Origin: a virus
Lineage: Duplodnaviria; Caudoviricetes
Virus record (IMG/VR): IMGVR_UViG_3300034025_000136
Coordinates: 1-31,121 of that record
DNA: 31,121 nt
Direction: 5' to 3' (one strand)
Shown here: in pieces, positions 9,572-16,616 of the stretch
How the letters are laid out: each line of letters opens with the position of its first letter
Position numbering within the stretch: the stretch's first letter is position 1
Made by a program: the position numbers and the translations under genes
The notes under the pieces: generated by a model
The model's input: only the letters and a program-made list of their open reading frames with translations
Database searches by the model: none
What the model was told of the DNA's origin: nothing

Positions 9572-9637
9572 TTTTGGGGAAATAATTAAAAAAGGCAGAG
9601 GTGGCAACTTTTGCCGTTTAAAGGGTATTTAAAGAGA

Positions 9638-9666
9638 TAGCCAGCCGGACACGGCCCGGCTGGCTA
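9638..9666 (-). terminator. Hairpin after tail tube gene (weak terminator or mRNA stabiliser)
   Basis: tagccagccgg-7nt-ccggctggcta, 11-bp stem just after the tube stop, followed by TCTCTTT. Confidence 0.6.
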
Positions 9667-9671
9667 CCGGC

Positions 9672-10106
9672 TTAGAGTGACATTTGAAGTTTGATTTCCG
9701 AACACTTAAAAGGCAAGGTGACGGGCATGTTCAGGTCACCCACTTTGCCGCCTTTTTCATACTCACCCAACAGCACGTCTTTAATCACGTCCTTCACAAT
9801 TTTCGGATTGTCCATGTCAGGAATGAACATGACAATCAAATCAAAAGGCGGGAGCGTGGTGATGGTGCGGCCGGGATAAGCAGCCAGCGCCGAAGCCACC
9901 ATTGCTTCAAAGTCTGATTGCAGGATGGTCAGGCTACCGTCCGAATCCGTCTGACCATCTGCGTAGGCAATCGGCTTGCGGCCGGTGCCGTAGATGAATT
10001 CGCGGGCCGTTTTCTCTTTGTACTTGACTTCCGTGACACCCAGCACCACCCGGCCAAGGAATGCTATTTGAATGTCCTGCCAAGAATATTCTTTGCCGTT
10101 AATCAC
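9672..10106 (-). CDS. Tail tube protein
   Basis: INGKEYSWQDI...GVTEVKYKE...YGTGRKP; 144 aa after the sheath; GTG start. Confidence 0.85.
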   Translation of the reverse strand: MINGKEYSWQDIQIAFLGRVVLGVTEVKYKEKTAREFIYGTGRKPIAYADGQTDSDGSLTILQSDFEAMVASALAAYPGRTITTLPPFDLIVMFIPDMDNPKIVKDVIKDVLLGEYEKGGKVGDLNMPVTLPFKCSEIKLQMSL

Positions 10107-10109
10107 TGG

Positions 10110-11342
10110 TTAGGAATTGAAAGGGTTGAAGAATTCCACGGTGGCCGTGATGAACTTGGCCGTGGCTTTTTTGGTGATGCGCACCACCGCTTTGATTTTG
10201 TCGGTAGCGGTCACGTTCTGGTTTGGGTCCACATACACCGACACGGCCACCGCTTCACCCGTCACCACCATTGCGGTTTCAATGGCACTTTCCAGCACGT
10301 TTTGAAAGCGGGCAATTTCAATGGCACCCAGCTTGCCCGTGGTCGGGTCTACCGACACATCATCATTCAGCTCTTCCAAATAGATGGCGCGGGCAATGCG
10401 GGCGGCTTTCTTGATAACCCGGCTGTCTTTGAGGTAGCCGTAGTCATCGGCCACGCTCACACACGTTGGGTCATCGTTGTAGAAAAACCCGTCCTTGCCA
10501 GGGTGAATGAGGGGAAAAATGTAGGCTTTGTCAGTCAGCACGTCTAGCGAAGTGTCCGCAAGCGAACTGACCAAAGAACCGCCTGACAGGCTGGCTTGGG
10601 TAATGCCTTTCAGCTTGCCCGAGCGAACCCGGCCAATGTTGCGCTGAACCGGGCTGGCTGCCAAACGGCCCAACACCCCACCCACGGCGGCAAACTTGCT
10701 GGCCACCGAAACGCCCGAGGCCACCAGCTCAGCCACCCGTAGTTGGTCACGGCCAATGGTCACGGCAACTGAGTTGGAAGCCAGGGTGCGCAGGTCGTAG
10801 GCAGCAGCAGCGGTGGCACTGAAGGCGCGGCCTTCTAATACCACGTCAATCGGCCGGAAGCGGTTGAACTCAGCCACGGCGAACGCTTGGGCCAATGGCA
10901 CGGCGGCAAGCAAATCAGCCGTTACGCCCGAGACACCAGCGGCTTCAGCCAGCACCGGGTTCAGGGCCACGGCCATAATGCGAATCACCCCGCCTTCCGA
11001 CTGAAGCAGGTTCAGCAGAGCCGCGTTCACGCCTTCGCTAGCAGTGAACACGTCTTCTAATGTCAAGGTGTTGTCAAAGGGCAACACATACAGCGGGGTA
11101 CCTTCACCGGCTTCTTCATAGAAGTCTTTAATGTGCTCCCAAGCCAAAGCGTTGTGCTCAGCATCGGCCGCTTCTGTGAAGCCAGCTACTTCCGCGTCAC
11201 GGCGGCTGAAGAACTTATTAGCGAGGATGGAAGCCAGGTAGTCGGTGGGAAGCCCCACCACCAGCAGGGCGGTTCCATCTGCGCTGTCCACTTGGCGGCC
11301 TAGTTGCCCGTTTCCAAGTGCAATTTTTACGTTAGGACGCAC
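10110..11342 (-). CDS. Tail sheath protein (DUF2586-like)
   Basis: PNVKIALGNGQLG...GRLAASPVQRNIGRVRSG...GFFYNDD...RVIKKAAR...VDPNQNV; GTG start adjoining the upstream TAA. Confidence 0.85.
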   Translation of the reverse strand: MRPNVKIALGNGQLGRQVDSADGTALLVVGLPTDYLASILANKFFSRRDAEVAGFTEAADAEHNALAWEHIKDFYEEAGEGTPLYVLPFDNTLTLEDVFTASEGVNAALLNLLQSEGGVIRIMAVALNPVLAEAAGVSGVTADLLAAVPLAQAFAVAEFNRFRPIDVVLEGRAFSATAAAAYDLRTLASNSVAVTIGRDQLRVAELVASGVSVASKFAAVGGVLGRLAASPVQRNIGRVRSGKLKGITQASLSGGSLVSSLADTSLDVLTDKAYIFPLIHPGKDGFFYNDDPTCVSVADDYGYLKDSRVIKKAARIARAIYLEELNDDVSVDPTTGKLGAIEIARFQNVLESAIETAMVVTGEAVAVSVYVDPNQNVTATDKIKAVVRITKKATAKFITATVEFFNPFNS

Positions 11343-11924
11343 TTATTTGGTCTTTTTGGTGGTAGCCTTGGTTTTGGTGGCCGTAGCCGTAGCGGCGGGC
11401 TTAGCGGCCCGAGGCGAGTATTTGCGCTTAGCAGGTGCTTCAGCGGTGGCTTCCGTCACTCGCTTCACAGCGGCGTCAACAATAGCCTTCAGCGGACGGG
11501 TGTCAAGGGTGATATTCACTCCTTCTGGTTTCGAGACAGGCGCGGCCGGTTCAGGAAAAGTGAAGTGGGTAGCCGTGGCCACCAGCTCACCCAGGGTAGC
11601 AGGCAACACCTTGTCAGCAGGCAACAAGATGCCATTTACAAACGGGTGGTCAGGGTTATTAACCGGAACCATCACCAAGCCCGCTTCAGCCAAAGCGTCT
11701 TCGAAGCTCATGCCCACCGGTCTCAAAATCAGTTCCCGGTCAATCACCAGCACTTCCCCTTCCCGGTCCTTGGCCACGGCGTGTTGCGCGTAGCTCTCAA
11801 AATCGGGAAGGTAGAATTTGCCCTTGTGCGTGGTGGCCAGCAGGTAGGGCGTATCGGGGTTGCTTGCGAAGTAGGGCACCGAGCGTTCCACCAGCTCCGC
11901 AAGCGTGTATGTTTTTTTGTTCAC
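11343..11924 (-). CDS. Hypothetical protein with basic Lys/Ala/Thr-rich C-terminal tail
   Basis: GTG start at 11924 overlaps the spanin stop (GTGA); ends KRKYSPRAAKPAATATATKTKATTKKTK. Confidence 0.7.
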   Translation of the reverse strand: MNKKTYTLAELVERSVPYFASNPDTPYLLATTHKGKFYLPDFESYAQHAVAKDREGEVLVIDRELILRPVGMSFEDALAEAGLVMVPVNNPDHPFVNGILLPADKVLPATLGELVATATHFTFPEPAAPVSKPEGVNITLDTRPLKAIVDAAVKRVTEATAEAPAKRKYSPRAAKPAATATATKTKATTKKTK

Positions 11925-12472
11925 TTGATAAAGCGTGAAAGGTTGGAAAATCGGGTGTAAAGCCAAAGCCCGGCACCCACAAAAGCCAGCACCGTAAAGA
12001 CGATGCAAAACCAGACGAAACGGCCCAACGGCGCTTTCACAGGCACTTCCGTTTTCGTGGTTTTGGTGGCCTTGTGGGTGCGGGTGATTTCGGTATCGGT
12101 CACCGGCACTTGGGCCACAAAAGGCACCGTGACCGCGTTGGCCTGAAGGAAGCCGTAAGCATCCAAGGTGAAGGCCAACCGCGTGCGGCCACTGTGACTG
12201 TAGATGGTCACGGGCCGGAATAGGCCGGTGGCTTCATCGTAACTCAGTCGAGTTGTAATCTTGGCCGAATCACCGGGCACCGAAACCGCTACCAACCGTT
12301 GTGCTTGCTTGAGCACGGTAGAATCAGTTATCACGGTTTCGGTGCTGGTGAGTGGCCGGGTGGTTGCGCACCCAGCCACGGCCCACAGCGCCACAAACAT
12401 CAGCACCGCTTTCACCACTGTCGAGGCTACTGCATGGGCGAGGGTGCGGAGTTTGAAGCGCGGGGTTTTCAT
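11921..12472 (-). CDS. Putative unimolecular spanin (lipoprotein with C-terminal TM helix)
   Basis: Signal with lipobox VAGC, beta-rich middle, C-terminal FVWFCIVFTVLAFVGAGLWLY; ATGA overlap with the endolysin stop. Confidence 0.7.
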   Translation of the reverse strand: MKTPRFKLRTLAHAVASTVVKAVLMFVALWAVAGCATTRPLTSTETVITDSTVLKQAQRLVAVSVPGDSAKITTRLSYDEATGLFRPVTIYSHSGRTRLAFTLDAYGFLQANAVTVPFVAQVPVTDTEITRTHKATKTTKTEVPVKAPLGRFVWFCIVFTVLAFVGAGLWLYTRFSNLSRFIK

Positions 12473-13032
12473 TCGGGAATCCAACAGGACACTATTGAAA
12501 TTTGAGAGCGTAGGCGGCGCATTCGGTGGACACCATCACCGTTTCGGTTCACTCCCGAGCCACCACCGGTGTTGCCTTCTACCGTGACGACATAATCATC
12601 ACCCCATTTTTCTACAAATCCGACGTGGCCAATACGACCTAGATTGGAGTAGTAGAATCCAGCGCAATCACCTTTTTGAGGCTTTTGCTTCGTGAACCCA
12701 CGGGAATAGATGACTTTGGAAGCGGGAAAGAAATTGGCAGCTCGACCAGCACCAGCCGGGCACTTTATGCCGACTTTTTTGAGACACCAGCAAACGAAGC
12801 TCCCGCACCATTTTTCACCACGGCGGTTGCCGGATGCGGCTTGGTAGGCTTCTACCCGAGGGCCGCAATTGCTACAGCCGGATTCCATTACCCCAACTTC
12901 CGCACTGAAAACCTTACCCAGTGCCTCCCGTTTGGCGGTGCTGGTGGCCGGGCCGGTGGCTACCGCGTTAGCGTGGCAAACAAGAACAAGAAGCCAAACA
13001 AGTAAATAGCGGTAAGCAGATGTTTTTGCCAC
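12469..13032 (-). CDS. CHAP-domain endolysin with N-terminal signal peptide
   Basis: WCGSFVCWCL (catalytic Cys), GHVGFVE (His), TVEGNT; hydrophobic leader YLLVWLLVLVCHANA. Confidence 0.85.
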   Translation of the reverse strand: MAKTSAYRYLLVWLLVLVCHANAVATGPATSTAKREALGKVFSAEVGVMESGCSNCGPRVEAYQAASGNRRGEKWCGSFVCWCLKKVGIKCPAGAGRAANFFPASKVIYSRGFTKQKPQKGDCAGFYYSNLGRIGHVGFVEKWGDDYVVTVEGNTGGGSGVNRNGDGVHRMRRLRSQISIVSCWIPE

Positions 13033-13418
13033 GGTGTGAGTAGGATAAAGGCCCGCACAAACCGTGAGCCCCGAGTTAGGAAGCGGTGAACAATGGTGAT
13101 TTCATGCTTCAGAAAGAGCTTGCCAAAGCTGAAAATCACCAGCCCACGAATGGTGGCAAGCAAAAGAGTTTGAAACACGCCCACATCCATCAGTGCGGGT
13201 GCTTGGCCATCATCGGTGGCTAGGTCGGCAATCAGTGGGTAGGCGTACCACAGCACCACGAAGCCGAACAGGCCAGCAGCTTTACCACGTTGGCTGAGCA
13301 GGCATTTTAGCCGGGCCTGCACTCGCTGGGTGTTACCCGTGGTTAGCTTGTCGAACAGCAGGGCGAACCCCACCACCACCACCAGCAAAGCCAGGATGGT
13401 AAAAAGAACCGTCTTCAT
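12960..13418 (-). CDS. Multi-pass membrane protein in lysis cassette (holin-like)
   Basis: About four hydrophobic segments; directly upstream of and overlapping the endolysin. Confidence 0.6.
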   Translation of the reverse strand: MKTVLFTILALLVVVVGFALLFDKLTTGNTQRVQARLKCLLSQRGKAAGLFGFVVLWYAYPLIADLATDDGQAPALMDVGVFQTLLLATIRGLVIFSFGKLFLKHEITIVHRFLTRGSRFVRAFILLTPWQKHLLTAIYLFGFLFLFATLTR

Positions 13419-13610
13419 CTAGTCGATATTGATATTAAACCGCTTGCACAAACGCTTCAGCAACAACGTAGTGACGAAACCCACCGTGGCACCTACGGCA
13501 GCGTACACAGCCGCGCCAAGCAAATTCGTTGCGCCAACCGCGCCAAGCTGCACGGCGAATAGCATTCCCAAAGGGCCACCCATTAGGCCCGTCACCACGT
13601 TGTTAGTCAT
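13419..13610 (-). CDS. Small membrane protein (holin/antiholin-like)
   Basis: 63 aa, two Gly-rich hydrophobic segments and basic C-terminus LLKRLCKR. Confidence 0.6.
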   Translation of the reverse strand: MTNNVVTGLMGGPLGMLFAVQLGAVGATNLLGAAVYAAVGATVGFVTTLLLKRLCKRFNINID

Positions 13611-13629
13611 CTGAAGGCAGTGCTACCGC

Positions 13630-14745
13630 TTAGGCGTGGTCTTCAACCAGGGCCACAATACCGCGTTCGTCGGTGCGGGCGGCGCGGCCACCACTGCGAA
13701 CCAAAGCAGAAATCACGGTGCCGAAAAACAGCGGGTTGCCGTTGCCGTTGCTGCCAGCATCTTCAAACACCTCAATGCCACCGTTCGTGGAACCGCCAAA
13801 GCAGCGACGCACGTAGTTCTTATGCCAGAACAGGGTAGAGATGTTGTCATTCGAGCTGGTGGCCTCCGAGAAGTCCATTTTCGTGTTGTCGTCGTTGTCG
13901 TAAACAACGGTCGAGCTGCGCACGAAAACCGTGAAACCGCCTACTTTGCCGATAGCACCTTCAACCAGAACCGCCTTGCCGATTTTTTCCAAGCTGGTGT
14001 ATTCTTCAATAGCCAGCAGGTCTTGAACCAGCATTGAATCAATCAGCATGTAGCGGTCACCTTGGGGCACGTTCTGAGAGTTCAGAATGGCAGCAGCGCG
14101 GTTAATGTCGGCAGCCAAGATGCGGCGGCGGGCAACCTTGCCAGCACCGAGTTGGAAAATCTTGTAAGGGTCACGGCCAGCACCAGTGGTGCGAATGATG
14201 TTGACACCGATGCTAGGGGACCAAACGTAGGCCATGCCTTCAGCCACGCTTTCTTTCAGAATCTCGGTGTGGTCAAACAGCACCGATTGGCGCTTGTCGT
14301 AGTTGGATTCAATTTCTTCCGTTTTGCCAATTACAATCGGGTCGGTGGTGTACTCGTCAATATCGTAGTCAGCAGTCGTGTCTTCACGCTTGGTGGCCGT
14401 GGCGGGCAGTGACACGCGGTTTTTCTTCACACCGGGCTTGTTGCCAGCTTGGTTCAGCTTCACGGTGCGGCCTTCTAAAAAGGCGCCATCATCACGCGAC
14501 TGCATCATGAACTGGTTATCGGCGTAGATATTCTCCTCAATGGTATCTACCCAGATGGCTTGCTGAACACCGGCAAAAGCAAGGCTGAACTTCGCGTTGG
14601 CGGGTTGGGCGGGAAGCAAGCAACCACCGCCAAAAATTACCAGTGCGGTAACTACCGGGCTTCCGCCCAAGTAAGTTGCAATCACAGAAGCCAGCAAAAG
14701 GGCCGCAATTGCATTAAAAAGAAGGTTTTTGAAGTTAAGCTTCAT
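13630..14745 (-). CDS. Major capsid protein with hydrophobic N-terminal leader
   Basis: Follows protease/scaffold; IW...ADNQF...QAGNKPGVKKNR...YTTDP...YDKRQSV...LNSQNVPQGDRYMLID...IGKVGGFTVF. Confidence 0.85.
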   Translation of the reverse strand: MKLNFKNLLFNAIAALLLASVIATYLGGSPVVTALVIFGGGCLLPAQPANAKFSLAFAGVQQAIWVDTIEENIYADNQFMMQSRDDGAFLEGRTVKLNQAGNKPGVKKNRVSLPATATKREDTTADYDIDEYTTDPIVIGKTEEIESNYDKRQSVLFDHTEILKESVAEGMAYVWSPSIGVNIIRTTGAGRDPYKIFQLGAGKVARRRILAADINRAAAILNSQNVPQGDRYMLIDSMLVQDLLAIEEYTSLEKIGKAVLVEGAIGKVGGFTVFVRSSTVVYDNDDNTKMDFSEATSSNDNISTLFWHKNYVRRCFGGSTNGGIEVFEDAGSNGNGNPLFFGTVISALVRSGGRAARTDERGIVALVEDHA

Positions 14746-14808
14746 CCAGTTTAGAGGTGAAAAAGTGGGTGTTTAACGTGAATTATAGATTGCTTTTGGG
14801 ACACTTTC

Positions 14809-14859
14809 GGAGAGTTTAAGCACCCGTCTACGCATTCGCGCTGGCTGCTTAAACTCTCC
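14809..14859. promoter_or_regulatory. 14-bp perfect inverted repeat between protease/scaffold and capsid genes
   Basis: ggagagtttaagca (14809-14822) pairs with tgcttaaactctcc (14846-14859). Confidence 0.7.
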
Positions 14860-14881
14860 TTTTGGGGTTGCTCGCCTGAGC

Positions 14882-15862
14882 TTACAGCTTGGGTTCCGAG
14901 CCGTACTGCGCTTTAAAAAGCGCGGTGTAGGTGGCCGGGTTGGAAAGCTTCAGAGCAGTCAGGCCCTTGGAATCTTTCTTCTCCCAATCGCGCATAGTCC
15001 ACTTGGCGCGTTCGTCGCTGAGCTGAAGGCCGGGGCTCTGATTTTGCGAGTTCACATCCTTCAGCACGGCGGCCAGCGTCACGGTTGGGGCGGCGGGTGC
15101 CACCGGGGCCACGGGCGTTTCAGCCTTTTTGCCCACGCTTGCGAAGTCGAGGAACTGAAGGCAGAGTTCGGGGTTGGACTTAGCCAGGGTCACGAACTTT
15201 GCCTTGTTGCCGGCATCTACCAAGCCCACTTGCTCAGCAAGGCTGATAATGGTATCAGCATTGGTAGTGGCTGCGCTCAGCTTGATTTGATTGATTGCGG
15301 CCACAACCTGTGCGGGCGTACTGCCAGCAGCGAGGCCAAGGGCCAATAAAATTTCATCCATCCGTTCGGCGGTTTTGAGGGTGAGGGTTGGTAAAAACTT
15401 GTTGAGGGTGTCGGCATTGGCGGCGGCGTCATCAGTCAGCCACAGGCCATCGCCCAGTTTCAAGCGAAGGGCTCCTTTGTTGCCCGGTATGTCCACTATG
15501 CTTGTTTCATTCAGAATGCTTTTGGTGAGAGTTGGACGCGTTTGGCCAGCCACCAGTAGTTCAGGCTTCTCAGACCATTCCATCGGGTCAAGGCCAGCGC
15601 TGCATGCGTTTAGCATCTTCTGGTCAACCTTGCTGGCAATGCCAGCGGCGAAAGGGTCTGTGAGGTCAAAAACCGCTTCAGCGGTCACGTTTGCATCTTC
15701 TTTCGATACCTGCACATCTTCCCACTTCCCAATCACCATTCCCCGCATGTGCATAAAGAGCATCACGGAGTTTTTCAGGAAGCCTTTTATATCGACTCCT
15801 TTGGTGAGTGTGCGGAAGCCGTAGCAGTTCACGGTTTCGTCAGTAAGTACAAAGCGGGCCAT
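14882..15862 (-). CDS. Prohead protease / scaffold (Mu gpI-like, HK97-type protease fold)
   Basis: VNCYGFR...MLFMHMRGMVIGKW...LNACSAG...ETSIVDIPGN protease domain, then Ala-rich helical scaffold region. Confidence 0.85.
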   Translation of the reverse strand: MARFVLTDETVNCYGFRTLTKGVDIKGFLKNSVMLFMHMRGMVIGKWEDVQVSKEDANVTAEAVFDLTDPFAAGIASKVDQKMLNACSAGLDPMEWSEKPELLVAGQTRPTLTKSILNETSIVDIPGNKGALRLKLGDGLWLTDDAAANADTLNKFLPTLTLKTAERMDEILLALGLAAGSTPAQVVAAINQIKLSAATTNADTIISLAEQVGLVDAGNKAKFVTLAKSNPELCLQFLDFASVGKKAETPVAPVAPAAPTVTLAAVLKDVNSQNQSPGLQLSDERAKWTMRDWEKKDSKGLTALKLSNPATYTALFKAQYGSEPKL

Positions 15863-16048
15863 TCAGGAATTGGGGCTAGTTGGGCTGTTTGAGAATGCAA
15901 TACTACAGCCACCCAAAACCCACGTAAAGCCTTCATTTCCAAGGCGCGCACAGCCGTTGCAGTGGTGCGGCCACTGTGTACGCACGGCCAAAATCCACAC
16001 TGGCCAACCCCCTACCCGTCAGGCTTCCTTTGTCCTAAAAAGAAGCCT
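15863..16048. promoter_or_regulatory. Divergent late promoter region
   Basis: Non-coding gap between two divergent morphogenesis operons; degenerate Bacteroidota -7 like elements (TAGTATTG minus, TTCCTTTG plus); central dyad cagtgg-tgcgg-ccactg. Confidence 0.55.
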
Positions 16049-16501
16049 ATGGCACTGACCACAAAAGACAAGAAGGAATTGGCCCTAAGCCTATTTCTGC
16101 ATTCCGACCAAAGCCAAAAGGAATTGGCGGCCCGTGTCGGAGTGAGCGAAAACACCCTTTCGACGTGGGCCAATGATGGTGGGTGGAAAACCCTAAAAGG
16201 AGCCCGCACGGCCACACGGCCCCAAATGATAACCGAGCTATACCAGCAGCTCACGCTTATCAAAGAAGCGGCTGTAGATGCCCAGGGCAAGCGGCGGCCG
16301 ATGACGCACACCGAGGTTCAATCGGTGAAGATGATTACCAAGTCCATCAGTGAGCTTGATAAGAAGCTGGCAGCCGATACCTACATGCAGGTAGTGGAAG
16401 AATTGATGACGTGGCTTTTTGAATCCAGCCCCGAAGAAGCCAAGCGAATGCTACCAAGGGTAGACAGCTTCATGGCTCACAAATTCAAAAGCCTTGGCTA
16501 A
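16049..16501 (+). CDS. Terminase small subunit-like HTH protein (DUF1804-like)
   Basis: SQKELAARVGVSENTLSTWANDGGW HTH; upstream of the large terminase; start moved to ATG 16049. Confidence 0.75.
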   Translation: MALTTKDKKELALSLFLHSDQSQKELAARVGVSENTLSTWANDGGWKTLKGARTATRPQMITELYQQLTLIKEAAVDAQGKRRPMTHTEVQSVKMITKSISELDKKLAADTYMQVVEELMTWLFESSPEEAKRMLPRVDSFMAHKFKSLG

Positions 16502-16616
16502 GCCTAAGCACGCCCCGGCATTTAAACACCCTTTAACAGCCCCGTCACGACACGCACACCACTAAACGGGTGGCAGAGTACGGGCCGAACCTTTCTAACG
16601 CCACACAGCGGCTTTT

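Noticed and set aside
7868-10547. Plus-strand ORFs of 189 and 209 aa
   Set aside because: Antisense to tape measure, tube and sheath genes; explained by codon bias
1-11342. Stand-alone tailocin / contractile injection system
   Set aside because: Linked to intact-looking capsid, portal, terminase and transposase genes, so it is a phage tail
11245-11960. Long plus-strand ORFs (182 and 218 aa)
   Set aside because: Antisense shadows of well-supported, translationally coupled minus-strand genes; no recognisable motifs
14620-14640. FGGGC as a lipobox in the capsid leader
   Set aside because: Cys is at residue 42 after two hydrophobic segments and matches the lipobox consensus poorly
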